From IMG/VR virus record IMGVR_UViG_3300028197_000002: a DNA stretch of 64,000 nucleotides; one strand, given 5' to 3'. Below are positions 17,802-28,092 of the stretch, in pieces; within the stretch, counting starts at the first letter, position 1, and each line of letters begins with the position of its first letter. The stretch is from a virus. Taxonomy: Duplodnaviria; Caudoviricetes. The position numbers and the translations under genes are program-made. A model generated the notes under the pieces. It saw only the letters and a list, made by a program, of their open reading frames with translations, was not told the origin of the DNA and did not search any database.

Positions 17802-18350
17802 ATGGGAATTAAAAACCCAGATGGCACACCATACAAGCCAGCAGGAAGCATTAGTCAATTTGATCAAACAAATCCAGAAAGGTGTTTGTTTGATGATCTA
17901 GATTCAGAAGCAATAAAAACATTTGGATCTCCAGTTTATTATTATGAAGTTTTTATACAAACTGGATCTTTGGATAAGTTGTATAGGGAAGACAGAGGCA
18001 AACTTTGGTCCAATAATCCTATTACTTTGTATGCAAGTTACGAGCCTATTCCAAATCAAAACTATCAAAATGCTTTTGGAATAGATGCTCCTGATGAAAT
18101 CATGTTTGATATGAACTATAAAGATGTTTTAGAAAAAATAGGACATCCTCCAAAAATTGGATCTAGAATCCATAGTCCTCACAGAAACGAAGACTGGGTA
18201 ATCATTCAAAGAAACATTGGGGAAACTATGCTTTGGAGCAAAGTCAGGCTTCAAGTGTTGTGCCAAAAGTTCCAAGAGAACATTACCACAGGAGAAGGTA
18301 AGGTTTCAAATAAGAAGCCTGAATTTAAATTACCTGACTGCGAAGGTTGA
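17802..18350 (+). CDS. Neck/head closure protein, T4 gp14-like
   Basis: DSEAIKTFGSPVYYY..LYRED..FGID pattern. Confidence 0.75.
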   Translation: MGIKNPDGTPYKPAGSISQFDQTNPERCLFDDLDSEAIKTFGSPVYYYEVFIQTGSLDKLYREDRGKLWSNNPITLYASYEPIPNQNYQNAFGIDAPDEIMFDMNYKDVLEKIGHPPKIGSRIHSPHRNEDWVIIQRNIGETMLWSKVRLQVLCQKFQENITTGEGKVSNKKPEFKLPDCEG

Positions 18351-18413
18351 GGCCCAATTTAAAATTTCATTAGATTGTGGCATACATAATAAAAACAATA
18401 ATAGGACAAACAA

Positions 18414-19004
18414 ATGAAAAATTTTTCAACATGGCTAGAAAATAAAAATTCTAATAAAAAAGAATTTGTCAAAAGTGTTATGGATAAGTATAGTAAAAAA
18501 CTTCCTGCTATTGATAGAGGAAGATACACAAATCTAGAAGACGAAGGCTTAGAAGGTCCTATAAGATTAAAAAGTGGCAAAGTAGTTTATTACGATACAA
18601 AAGCAGGCAAGTATTATGACAGAGATAGCGACATGTATATAAGTGATGAAGATTACATGGCTCATGAAAAAAGCGAATCAGTTGAACAAGCAAAAAAAAT
18701 AATAGCAGAAATAACAAGTATGGCTGACGTTCAAAAAACATTTAGACAAAATAGATTGGACTTAGGCGTAGTTGGTGCCGAAACTGTGCAGAGCATAATG
18801 CAGGGAATTCAACTAATGGCTTTGAAAGATACAGAAGACTTCATGTTCTTAATAAGAATGCTCAGAAATAAAATTAACGATCACGATCCAGCATTGGCAA
18901 AGGAAATATTGCAAGGCGCAAGAATAATGGCTAGTAGAGCGCAACAATCTGCAAAGAGGAAAGAAAAGCCCGGAATGCCAGCGGAAGACAATTCTGATCA
19001 GTAA
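18414..19004 (+). CDS. Hypothetical protein with CTS-like N-terminus
   Basis: MKNFSTWLE; GLEGPIRLKSGKVVYYDTKAGKYYDRDSD module. Confidence 0.7.
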   Translation: MKNFSTWLENKNSNKKEFVKSVMDKYSKKLPAIDRGRYTNLEDEGLEGPIRLKSGKVVYYDTKAGKYYDRDSDMYISDEDYMAHEKSESVEQAKKIIAEITSMADVQKTFRQNRLDLGVVGAETVQSIMQGIQLMALKDTEDFMFLIRMLRNKINDHDPALAKEILQGARIMASRAQQSAKRKEKPGMPAEDNSDQ

Positions 19005-19009
19005 CAAAA

Positions 19010-19228
19010 TTAATTCATAGGTGGCTCTTGATTAAAAACCTGTTTGACAAAGTCATCGGGAATTCTTTCTTCTTCTTTTTTGTGAAAGAATTCTATAGGT
19101 CTAGCTTCATGAACTTTCCAAAAAATAAATCTTGGAATTTTTAATGGATCTCTACTTTTCTCTTTTGATGCAAAAAAAGTTTTTCTTGGTCTTTGAGATT
19201 TTATTTTTTTAAATTTAAAACTTTTCAT
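19010..19228 (-). CDS. Hypothetical basic protein
   Basis: 72 aa, ATG overlaps the upstream stop. Confidence 0.6.
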   Translation of the reverse strand: MKSFKFKKIKSQRPRKTFFASKEKSRDPLKIPRFIFWKVHEARPIEFFHKKEEERIPDDFVKQVFNQEPPMN

Positions 19229-20004
19229 ACTTTGTAAAATTCAGAAATATAATTAATTTTTTTGTAGTTGTTTTTTTCTAAAACAACATTGTATGTTTGT
19301 CTCATTAAATCATGATGAACAAACTCTTTTCCATTGTAACAAAAGTCAATGTTTCTTCTATTGCTCTTAGATGGGTTTTTTTCTTGATAATTATTGGTTC
19401 TAATTGTGTTTGGATGAGGGATGTGCGAAACATATTTTTCAACATTGAAAAATATAATTTCGATTAGCTTTTCAGTCTTGTCTTTCATTCTTCTGTACAT
19501 GTCAATGTCTTCCCAGCCCCAACCTTTCAACTCCTCTCTATAAAAAGGAAAATTTGATTTGTTAAAAAGACATAGACCCGAAAGTTCTTTGTTGAACTGC
19601 CAGCTTCCATGAATCATGTAATCATAACTTTCTTTTAACAGTTTGTTCTTAATGTTTAAATCATAAAGCCAACTTTCATCTAGACATATGTAATCTGCAT
19701 CTACTTTTAAAATGACTTCGTTTTTACAAAAGTCAGTAGCTAAATTTAAAGACTTGGATAAAGAGAAATATTTTTGATCCACAACTTCAAGCAAAGTCAA
19801 CTTTTTATTTTTTAATATTTTTTTGAATTCATAATTATTATATAATTTAGATTTAGAACACCAATCCACAATAATTACATCATCTACAATATCCAAATCC
19901 AACCAAGATTTTAAAGAAATTAAAAGATGGGATTCTCGATCCATACATGTAACAATCACAGATATTTTAGTTTCTTTATTTTTACTTGATTTTACCCAAA
20001 ACAT
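19225..20004 (-). CDS. Glycosyltransferase (GT-A, GT2/GT7C-like)
   Basis: ISVIVTCMDR, VIIVDWCS, KVDADY (DxD), GWGWEDID. Confidence 0.85.
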   Translation of the reverse strand: MFWVKSSKNKETKISVIVTCMDRESHLLISLKSWLDLDIVDDVIIVDWCSKSKLYNNYEFKKILKNKKLTLLEVVDQKYFSLSKSLNLATDFCKNEVILKVDADYICLDESWLYDLNIKNKLLKESYDYMIHGSWQFNKELSGLCLFNKSNFPFYREELKGWGWEDIDMYRRMKDKTEKLIEIIFFNVEKYVSHIPHPNTIRTNNYQEKNPSKSNRRNIDFCYNGKEFVHHDLMRQTYNVVLEKNNYKKINYISEFYKV

Positions 20005-20043
20005 AATAAACTAAAATAGTCAATTGAGAAACTAAATAAAAAT

Positions 20044-21036
20044 ATGAAAAGCACAAATCCTGGAAATTATCCAGACCCTAAACTTAATAATTGCAACCCA
20101 ATTAGCCCATTGCAAACAAGTGTAAATAATGATGTTACTCCCAAACAATGCGGCCCAGAAGAATCTTTAAAAAATCCAAATGGTCCCGATATGGGTTGGT
20201 TAGAAGATTCAGCAAATAAAAAGTATGGACTTGGATATGATGCTAATTGTGATCCCCAGCAATCGGGAGAAATAGTAGAAGATATAGACAAGCCAAATAG
20301 AGAAGTTGTAACAAGATACTCTAAAAGCATAAGAGGCTGTGATGAAGCAATGGTGGATATGTTCAACAATATATCTGTAATCGACGAAGATGGCAAGGCG
20401 CATAAAGTTCCAATAGTTTGGGGAACTCAAGAAAGAGCAGTAGCTTGGATTCTTCAAGATACAGCAAGAAAAGATGGAAGCTTGGTAGTAGAAAGAATCA
20501 GACTCCCGGCCATGGCCATTCATTCAACTGGCGTGGAATTCGACCAATCTAGATACACCTATCATAAAGCAATAGATTTACTAAGAAATACAAGCGATGG
20601 GAAACCCGGATTTACGGTAAAGGAACGGTACGAAAGAGATACCGTCTTTGGAGTTTCTAGAGGAATTCCTGTCAATAAAACATATTCTTTGTTGTTATGG
20701 ACAATGTACATGGAAGATATGGATCAAATATTAGAACAAATATTTTTAAAATTTTCTCCTATCGCATATATAAATGTCAGAGGAGTTAGGTGGGAGACGA
20801 GTGTGAGTTTGGATTCCATATCTAACAATGTAGATTATGAACCCGGAGATCAAAATAAAAGAATCATTAAATATGAAATAAATTTGACTACGAGAACGTA
20901 TATACCTCAGCCGATTGTTCGTAAGAAAGCCGTACTTAAAACAACTGTTGATTTTCACAATAGTGTAGAAAAAGAAAAGATAACAGAAGTTTTAGCAAGA
21001 GTTGAAGAAAAAGTAAAAGAGATAGAAGATTTATGA
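20044..21036 (+). CDS. Tail terminator/sheath stabilizer, T4 gp15-like
   Basis: KVPIVWGTQER, RLPAMA, PIPVNK-type segment, DQILEQI; precedes the sheath gene. Confidence 0.8.
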   Translation: MKSTNPGNYPDPKLNNCNPISPLQTSVNNDVTPKQCGPEESLKNPNGPDMGWLEDSANKKYGLGYDANCDPQQSGEIVEDIDKPNREVVTRYSKSIRGCDEAMVDMFNNISVIDEDGKAHKVPIVWGTQERAVAWILQDTARKDGSLVVERIRLPAMAIHSTGVEFDQSRYTYHKAIDLLRNTSDGKPGFTVKERYERDTVFGVSRGIPVNKTYSLLLWTMYMEDMDQILEQIFLKFSPIAYINVRGVRWETSVSLDSISNNVDYEPGDQNKRIIKYEINLTTRTYIPQPIVRKKAVLKTTVDFHNSVEKEKITEVLARVEEKVKEIEDL

Positions 21037-21257
21037 TTGAAATAAAAAATAAAACTAGAAGTCCAGTTCAAATAGTAATAAAATCATTAAAAAAACCAAA
21101 ATCTTTCACTTGCTTGAATGTTCCGGGAATAGGAGCTGGAAAGAATACCTATTACCTAGAAGATGAAAGAAAAACAGAATACGTAGATCGCGCTGAACAA
21201 ATTGGATTAATTTCTACTAGATACATTACAAATAAAGAATTGAACAAGGGAGAATAA
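21033..21257 (+). CDS. Small tail-associated hypothetical protein
   Basis: 74 aa, translationally coupled between gp15 and the sheath gene. Confidence 0.6.
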   Translation: MIEIKNKTRSPVQIVIKSLKKPKSFTCLNVPGIGAGKNTYYLEDERKTEYVDRAEQIGLISTRYITNKELNKGE

Positions 21258-21262
21258 CAATT

Positions 21263-23713
21263 ATGGCAATTCTAAAAGGTTTTCCACCTTCGAATACAAT
21301 TTCACCTTCTGTTAGAATAACAGAAAAAGATTTAAGTTTTATAGAACCAGAACAATCGTCTCATTCTGCCGGTATTGTTGGATTTGCCTCTAAAGGACCA
21401 ATCAACATCCCTACAGTTGTGAGCACAACAAGACAACTTAATACAGTCTTTGGATTTCCTCACCCAGAAAGTGGAGATCCTTATTTAATTTATGCAGCAC
21501 AACAGTACCTGTTAGTTGCAAGCGAACTATATGTTGTTAGAGTTGGCGACACAGATGCAGTCAGTACAGAACGAGCTGTAGCTGCTTCTGTAGATGCTGC
21601 TAGCAACGGTGGTCAAGTTATAATTCAATCAGACACAGCCGCTGATGGAACGTCAAGCTACTACTCATTTGCTAGTACTGGATATTTCAGATGGAAATTA
21701 AACGGCGTATTGGCTTCTAAAACACTCGTTGTTTTAGCAGACGCTGATCATCCTGATGCTGACGTGAATTCTAATGGCTATGGTGCAGATCAGTTGGTAG
21801 CAGATTTAAATGCCCAATTAAGTTATGAATTTGATGGAATTCAATTCTTTGAAACAAGTGACAAAATTGGAGTTAGATCTACTTTCTCTTTTGGAACTAC
21901 TGCTACAGTAGAATTAGTTTCTGTTCAAGATGCAATTTATGGACCAAAAACCGCTGGCGTTGTGGTTCCTTTGCAAAACGTATCGCCTACAGGTCTTGGT
22001 CAACTAATGACAGTTGGTCAATTCACAGGCGGTCTAGATTACAATCAACCTTCGTCTTCTTCTCCTACTAATGGAACATGGGACTTTACTTCACTAACTT
22101 CATATGATTTGCAAGTTGTAGTTGATGGAACAGACAATGTCTTAATAGATAATGCTGTTCAAACAATCGACTTGTCAAGTTTTTCTGCAAATGCAGCAGC
22201 AACAACAGCAGATATAGTCACAGCAATAAACGCTGCCAGCCCAAGTGGATTTGCGGCTGTCGCGGTTGGAGATAATCTTTCGCTTTACACTATAGCTCAA
22301 GGTAGGGATTCAAGATTGTTGGTAAAGAGTGAAAGTTCAACTTTCGCATTCTTTGGATTCGACGCTCCTCTATCAGACCCAGATGACACAGCTAGTGCAG
22401 TAGGACCATATGTAACAGCAGAAGGAACCACTCCTTCTGGAACCGCTGGTGATGCTGACATCGCAAACTTAGGTTTAGTTGCTGGAGATGCAAATAGCAC
22501 TGGTGAAGTTTCATTAACAATTTCTGCTGATAGCGCAGGCATTGATGGAAATGACACACAAGTTGTTGTGAAAAATGACGTTAGAGAAGGAAGCTTCATA
22601 ATGGAAGTTTACAATAATGGAATTCAAATGGAATCTTGGGGGAATCTTTCTAAAGACGAAACCAGTAGATTTTATATAGAAACATTCCTAACGCTTGTTT
22701 CAGACTTTGTTAGAGTTACAGACAACTCGGCAGTTTCTGCTCCTCCAGCTGACGGGACATACTCGCTAGCAGGCGGTACAGATGGAATTCCTTCCGATCC
22801 AGACGATCAAGATTCATTATTGATTGGAAATCTTCTTGGAATGACAGGACTTTATGCTTTGTCGGAACCAGAACAAATCAATATTGACCTTGTTTCTGTT
22901 CCGGGACATGCATCCACAGGTGTTATCTTGGCCATGATTGACATGTGTCAAAATCAAAGATCTGACTGCATGGCAATTGTTGACCCACCATTTGGATTAA
23001 CAGTTAACGAAATAACGCAATGGCAAAATGGTGCTCATCCATTGAACACAACTAGATTCAATTCGGACTTTGCCGCACTTTACTGGCCTTGGTTGAAACT
23101 TAGAGATACATTCAACAACGTTGATGTATGGGTTCCACCATCTGGGTCCGTAATGGCTGTTTATGCTAGAAGTGACTTCTTAGCAGCTCCATGGTTTGCC
23201 CCCGCTGGTCAAACTAGAGGAATTGTACCAAGTGTCACAGATGTATTCAGCAGACCAACTCTAGCTGAAAGAGATTTAATGTATGGAAACAGAAATGCAA
23301 TAAATCCAATTGTTCAGTACGCAGACTTCCAAGACTTCGTTGTATGGGGTCAAAAGACCTTGCAAAGAAAACCAACAGCTCTTGATAGAGTTAATGTTAG
23401 AAGAATGATGTTCTACATAGAGAAAAGAATTAGATCTTCTTCTAGAGCATTATTATTCGATCCGAATGACGACATCTTCAGAGATAAGTTTGTTCAAATT
23501 GCAACAAAGATACTTCAAGAAGTACAAGTTGGAAGAGGCCTAACAGATTTCATCATCAAAGCCGATGAAGAAATCAATACGCCAGATGTTATAGATAGAA
23601 ATGAATTCAGGGCTAGAATCGGTGTTCAGCCCACACGAGCAGTAGAATTTATGTTCCTAGAATTTAGCATTCATAGAACCGGAAGCTTTGATCAAATTGC
23701 TGAAAGTTTCTAA
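21263..23713 (+). CDS. Contractile tail sheath, T4 gp18-like
   Basis: SPSVRITEKD, GFASKGP, FAALYWPW, PWFAPAG, INPI, WGQKTL, DRVNVRR. Confidence 0.97.
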   Translation: MAILKGFPPSNTISPSVRITEKDLSFIEPEQSSHSAGIVGFASKGPINIPTVVSTTRQLNTVFGFPHPESGDPYLIYAAQQYLLVASELYVVRVGDTDAVSTERAVAASVDAASNGGQVIIQSDTAADGTSSYYSFASTGYFRWKLNGVLASKTLVVLADADHPDADVNSNGYGADQLVADLNAQLSYEFDGIQFFETSDKIGVRSTFSFGTTATVELVSVQDAIYGPKTAGVVVPLQNVSPTGLGQLMTVGQFTGGLDYNQPSSSSPTNGTWDFTSLTSYDLQVVVDGTDNVLIDNAVQTIDLSSFSANAAATTADIVTAINAASPSGFAAVAVGDNLSLYTIAQGRDSRLLVKSESSTFAFFGFDAPLSDPDDTASAVGPYVTAEGTTPSGTAGDADIANLGLVAGDANSTGEVSLTISADSAGIDGNDTQVVVKNDVREGSFIMEVYNNGIQMESWGNLSKDETSRFYIETFLTLVSDFVRVTDNSAVSAPPADGTYSLAGGTDGIPSDPDDQDSLLIGNLLGMTGLYALSEPEQINIDLVSVPGHASTGVILAMIDMCQNQRSDCMAIVDPPFGLTVNEITQWQNGAHPLNTTRFNSDFAALYWPWLKLRDTFNNVDVWVPPSGSVMAVYARSDFLAAPWFAPAGQTRGIVPSVTDVFSRPTLAERDLMYGNRNAINPIVQYADFQDFVVWGQKTLQRKPTALDRVNVRRMMFYIEKRIRSSSRALLFDPNDDIFRDKFVQIATKILQEVQVGRGLTDFIIKADEEINTPDVIDRNEFRARIGVQPTRAVEFMFLEFSIHRTGSFDQIAESF

Positions 23714-23750
23714 TTTCAAGATTATAAAGATTTAAAGGGAGAATTAAAAT

Positions 23751-24317
23751 ATGATTAACATGGGTATAGGCGAAGTGGGTGGCGCAAACGTACTTCACAA
23801 GCGTAAATTCAGATGGACATTTGAACTTACTCGAGAAGGAGATACTATTGTTCCAGTTCACTATGTGAAACTTGCCGCAAGACCAAATATTAGCATTGAA
23901 GAAACTGAAATAAATTTCCTCAATGGAAAAACATGGATTCCGGGCAAAGGAACTTGGGAAACCGTAACAATTACATACTACGATGTATCTGTTGATGGTG
24001 GACAAGGAAACATTGGACTTTGGAATTGGCTCGCAACTGTTTATGACTTTACAAATCCTGTAAAGTTAACTCAAAGTACAAGAAGAGATAATTACTCTTG
24101 TGACGCAACCTGCACTCTTTATGATGGTTGTGGAACTGCTCTTGAAGCTTGGGGAATGGGAGATGCTTGGCCAACTGCGGTTAATTTTGGAGAATTGGAT
24201 TACGCAACTTCAGAAGAATGTACAGTGGAAGTTACCATGAGATATGCTAACGTAAGCTACGCTAACTTCTGCGGACCAGACGTTACACCTGAATGCGAAG
24301 GCTGCACAGGCGGTTGA
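23751..24317 (+). CDS. Tail tube protein, T4 gp19-like (copy 1)
   Basis: KRKFRW, AARPNISIEE, WETVTITYYD, DAWPTAVNFGELDY. Confidence 0.9.
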   Translation: MINMGIGEVGGANVLHKRKFRWTFELTREGDTIVPVHYVKLAARPNISIEETEINFLNGKTWIPGKGTWETVTITYYDVSVDGGQGNIGLWNWLATVYDFTNPVKLTQSTRRDNYSCDATCTLYDGCGTALEAWGMGDAWPTAVNFGELDYATSEECTVEVTMRYANVSYANFCGPDVTPECEGCTGG

Positions 24318-24371
24318 TGTATCAGGATAGTTCGTATTACTTTACTCCTTTATTTAGTAGATAATTAATTG

Positions 24372-24402
24372 GCAGGAGGGGCTATTTAGTCCCTCCTGCT
24401 TT
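24372..24402 (+). terminator. Intrinsic terminator after tube copy 1
   Basis: gcaggaggggct-attt-agtccctcctgc stem (one G-U pair) followed by ttt. Confidence 0.8.
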
Positions 24403-24420
24403 AATATATAAGGAAAAAAT

Positions 24421-24945
24421 ATGGTCAACATGGGTCTAAACTCGTTAGGAACTTCTGACGTATGTTTTAAAAGAAAATTTAGATGGCTTTTTTTAATTCC
24501 ATCTGTTTCTGGAGCTGAAATCGGAATGCTACCTCCAGAAAGAGGAGCAAGACCTAGCGTTACAATAAAAGAAAACGAAGCTCAACATTTAAATGAAATA
24601 ATATACTTTCCAAGCAAGCCAGACTGGAAGCCAATAAATTTAACTTTATATGATTTAAAGTTAAATAGAAACCCAGTTATTGAGTGGCTTTCTAATCAAT
24701 ATAACCCACAGACGGGCGCATGGAACATAGGTTACGGAGAGGTGCAAGATCCTGCTAGCGATTTTAAAAAAGATGCGACCATACAAATGCTTGATGGTTG
24801 TGGGGACGTAATTGAAGAATGGGAGCTAGAGAATGTCTGGCCTAATAACATTGAATGGGGAGAGCTAGATATGTCAGATTCTAATTATATGACAATAGAT
24901 CTTACTTTAAGATACGACAGAGCTTATAAAACTATACAAGGCTAA
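24421..24945 (+). CDS. Tail tube-fold protein, gp19-like (copy 2)
   Basis: KRKFRW, ARPSV, WKPINLTLYD, NVWPNNIEWGELD, LTLRYDRA. Confidence 0.88.
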   Translation: MVNMGLNSLGTSDVCFKRKFRWLFLIPSVSGAEIGMLPPERGARPSVTIKENEAQHLNEIIYFPSKPDWKPINLTLYDLKLNRNPVIEWLSNQYNPQTGAWNIGYGEVQDPASDFKKDATIQMLDGCGDVIEEWELENVWPNNIEWGELDMSDSNYMTIDLTLRYDRAYKTIQG

Positions 24946-25166
24946 TCTAAATCTTTTTGCAAAAGCTCTTTCATTTCTTTTAGCTTTTCTTCCAACTCTT
25001 TTGTTTTTAAATTTAATTTTCTACAAGCTCCGCTTTTGTTCAGTCTGCCTTTCTTTGTGTAAACTTTATTTTCGTGTTCAAGCAAAGCTGCAACTATTTC
25101 TCCATAGCCATTTTCAATTAATTTATCTATGAGTTCTTGTATTTCTAATTGATTTATCATATTCAT
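24942..25166 (-). CDS. Small HTH-like protein
   Basis: LNKSGACRKLNLKTKELEEKL; own TTGATT-N16-TAAAAT promoter. Confidence 0.5.
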   Translation of the reverse strand: MNMINQLEIQELIDKLIENGYGEIVAALLEHENKVYTKKGRLNKSGACRKLNLKTKELEEKLKEMKELLQKDLD

Positions 25167-25205
25167 AATTTTTAATTTTACAAAATTTTCTAGTTAAATC
25201 AACAT

Positions 25206-25751
25206 TTAATTTCTATCTTTATTGCTTATAAAAACTTGCTTTCCATTTTTTATCATTACGTGATTATCGCAATATTGAAAATAATTAAGAAATCTTTTTT
25301 TAAGTTCGTTATAATTTCGAGCGGTTCTATAAAGTTGTCTAAAATGATTTAAAATACATGTGGTCATATAATTAAAAGCTTTGCCCTTTCTCGAATCAAA
25401 TCTATTTATTTTTTCAAAACAAATAACAACTCCTTCTTGTATAGCATCATCTTGATCTATTAATTGAAATTTCGCATAATTAGTTATATTCTCAGATAAA
25501 GTATAAAATGCAGTGGCGAGATGCTCTTTAGAGTTTTCAAATTCTTTTTCTAGCTCAAAATATTTTTTATTTTTATTTAAAAGATCAACTTCATATTCTT
25601 TATGCTTTATGCTTTTTGACTTTCTTCTTTTTATAGTATTCTCTAAACTTTCTATAATTAATTTTGTTTTTTCTTTTTGTCTTTTAGAAGTTTGAAATTT
25701 ATTAATTATTTGTTCAAAGTACTTGTTGTTTAAGTATTCGCTTTTCATCAA
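25206..25751 (-). CDS. Phage late sigma factor, gp55-like (region 2 only)
   Basis: DDAIQEGVVICFEKINRFDSRKGKAFNYMTTCILNHFRQ. Confidence 0.85.
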   Translation of the reverse strand: MMKSEYLNNKYFEQIINKFQTSKRQKEKTKLIIESLENTIKRRKSKSIKHKEYEVDLLNKNKKYFELEKEFENSKEHLATAFYTLSENITNYAKFQLIDQDDAIQEGVVICFEKINRFDSRKGKAFNYMTTCILNHFRQLYRTARNYNELKKRFLNYFQYCDNHVMIKNGKQVFISNKDRN

Positions 25752-26595
25752 TCTCCTTTGTCCAAGTTTCTATTCTAGAAATCGCCTCTTGTGTTGCTTC
25801 TTCTAGCCAAAGTGAAACTTGTTTATAGTATTCAGGGCTATATAAAAGACCAGAGGTTAAACTCCTACAATGGTCGATATATTTGTCTTTGTTTCTTTGA
25901 AAATTTTCTTCTTTTCCTATTAATTTAACAGGCAAATTGTATTGTCTTAAAATTACATTTCCTAAAATTTCAGTGTCTGGCCAATTTGGTCTTGTTGGGT
26001 TTGGTTTGTAGTCTTTAATATCATAAAGAGAAGAAAGTCTTCTCATGCTCCATCCAAATCCAATCTTATCCATTGTTTCCATATGGTACATGCTGGCTGT
26101 GTGCGAAATCATTCCTACCCAATCCTCATGCTGTCTTGGGCTTATTTCATATCCAACCGCTGGGTATTTGTCGTCTAAATGACAACCACAATATTTTAGT
26201 AAATATTCTATAAAATCATTTTTCATCAAAAATACATCTGCGTGTGTGGCAAACATAAATTCTGTTCTACACACAGCTTGTGCTAAATCCATTGCCATAG
26301 CAGGAAAATCTGACGGATGACAAACACCATTAAGTCTTAAAGAATGAACTTCAACATCATCGTCAGCAAGGCTATTTATTTTTTCTAAATTTTCTTTTTT
26401 AGAACCAGTATCTACAATTACAATATAAGGCTTTATTGTTTGAAGCTTTAATATTTCAACGCATATTTTTAAAGATTCATATGTGTCTAGCACGGGTATG
26501 GCCGCTGTAACCTTATATTCCCAAGGCTTTTTTGAACACGACCCTTCCCAAGGCCTTTCCTCTACTGATTTGTTTCTTAAAGGTGCAATTGTCAT
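25714..26595 (-). CDS. Glycosyltransferase (GT2-like)
   Basis: IVIVDTGS, FATHADVF, WPDTE. Confidence 0.75.
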   Translation of the reverse strand: MTIAPLRNKSVEERPWEGSCSKKPWEYKVTAAIPVLDTYESLKICVEILKLQTIKPYIVIVDTGSKKENLEKINSLADDDVEVHSLRLNGVCHPSDFPAMAMDLAQAVCRTEFMFATHADVFLMKNDFIEYLLKYCGCHLDDKYPAVGYEISPRQHEDWVGMISHTASMYHMETMDKIGFGWSMRRLSSLYDIKDYKPNPTRPNWPDTEILGNVILRQYNLPVKLIGKEENFQRNKDKYIDHCRSLTSGLLYSPEYYKQVSLWLEEATQEAISRIETWTKEIDEKRILKQQVL

Positions 26596-26613
26596 AACTA
26601 TAATAATAGTAGT

Positions 26614-26799
26614 ATGAAATGGGAAAAATCAATATTTGCTTTAAATTCAATTCTAGAAAATCCATTTGTTCAAACAGGATACAAAGAATTAATTAAATAT
26701 TATGAGTCCAATGAAATGCAATATGAAAAAGAGTGTTTAGATTTTTTATTGAAATTAAAGTTTGAAAATGACAACGATTCAAATAATAACAAAGAATAA
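26614..26799 (+). CDS. Hypothetical protein
   Basis: 61 aa, TATAAT upstream, overlaps the next gene. Confidence 0.55.
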   Translation: MKWEKSIFALNSILENPFVQTGYKELIKYYESNEMQYEKECLDFLLKLKFENDNDSNNNKE

Positions 26800-27715
26800 C
26801 GAAAGCACCTTATCTAAAACATTAGATTCAATTAATAACATTAAATCTAAAAAAATAATATTAGATTTGGGAAGCACTGACAAAACAATTGAAATATGCT
26901 CTGGTTATGATGGATTAAAATTATTTAATTTAGATGAAGAGAAAAGCTATGCAGAGATAAGAAATGAGTTCGCAGAAAAAGACCAAGCCAATGTGTACTT
27001 AAATCCTTGGGACACATTGATTAAAGGCGAAGACTTCTTAAACGATATAATTGAGAATCAAGAAAAATGGAATGACCCATTTTTTGTTTATGTCTTGGAA
27101 AACAAAATAATATCAAAAGAAATAAGAATTTGGAAAAATCAAAAGTTTGAGAATCCAGTCTATGAATCAATAAATGCTGCTGGTGAATTGGAACCAAGAA
27201 TAATAATTTATTCTAATTCGAACCAAGCAGAAGATAGAAGACAAGAAAATTTAAATAAAACAAACAAGTGGATAAAAGAAAAGCCTTTGTCTTTAGAGCC
27301 TTATTATTATGCGGCTTGTTGCCATCTCTCTTTAAGAAACTATGAAAAATTTATTTACTACTCTGATAAATATTTTTTAAAAGAAACAAAAGTTGGAGAT
27401 TCTTACATAATTTTAAAATACTACAATGCACAAGTCAAACTGCACTTAAAAAAAATAAAATCTGCCGTGGAGTGTGTTCTTTTTTGCTTGTCCTACAAAC
27501 CTTGCATGTCAGAGTTTTGGTGCTTGTTAGGTGATATTTATTACAATCAAAAAAAGATAAACAAAGCAATTTCTTTTTATGAAAACGCTTTGATAATTGG
27601 ACAAAAAAGAAAAAACTCTGATTTTCTTCCGATAGAGCTGGTTAGCTATAAAGAATACCCAGAACAAATGATAAAAGCATTAAATAAAATTAAAAATGAA
27701 GCCAAGCCTATTTAA
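26762..27715 (+). CDS. GT2-TPR protein, glycosyltransferase domain degenerate
   Basis: IITKNNESTL, LDLGSTDKTIEI, FENPVYE, then TPRs (EPYYYAA, SEFWCLLGDIYY); the expected LDADE is replaced by LNPWD. Confidence 0.7.
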   Translation: MKMTTIQIITKNNESTLSKTLDSINNIKSKKIILDLGSTDKTIEICSGYDGLKLFNLDEEKSYAEIRNEFAEKDQANVYLNPWDTLIKGEDFLNDIIENQEKWNDPFFVYVLENKIISKEIRIWKNQKFENPVYESINAAGELEPRIIIYSNSNQAEDRRQENLNKTNKWIKEKPLSLEPYYYAACCHLSLRNYEKFIYYSDKYFLKETKVGDSYIILKYYNAQVKLHLKKIKSAVECVLFCLSYKPCMSEFWCLLGDIYYNQKKINKAISFYENALIIGQKRKNSDFLPIELVSYKEYPEQMIKALNKIKNEAKPI

Positions 27716-28092
27716 TATACAATATCTAATTCATTAACCACAACAGTGACATTGTCTTCGAATCTAGCCACATCAAGCTGCTTTCTTCCCGGCCCTAATC
27801 TTCTAAGATTTTTTTCTAACTCGTCCATGTGGCAATTTATCACTGTCCATTGATTCTCAGATAGTTTTTGAACTTGTTCATCTAAATTTTCAATTTCTGA
27901 ACTTGGGTAATATTTTTCTAGTTGTTCTGCGCATTCTTTTATTATTTTTTTATAAAGAGGAACGTGGCAAGGGCATCCCGGATTATTCAAGAACTCGTCA
28001 ACTTCTTTTTCTAAAGATTTTGGCAAAGACTGTCTAAATCTAGAATCTTTCAAAGCTTTCTTAACTTCAATTAATCCTATTTTTCTACTCAT
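27712..28092 (-). CDS. Hypothetical protein
   Basis: 126 aa, coupled operon; NPGCPCH. Confidence 0.65.
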   Translation of the reverse strand: MSRKIGLIEVKKALKDSRFRQSLPKSLEKEVDEFLNNPGCPCHVPLYKKIIKECAEQLEKYYPSSEIENLDEQVQKLSENQWTVINCHMDELEKNLRRLGPGRKQLDVARFEDNVTVVVNELDIVY

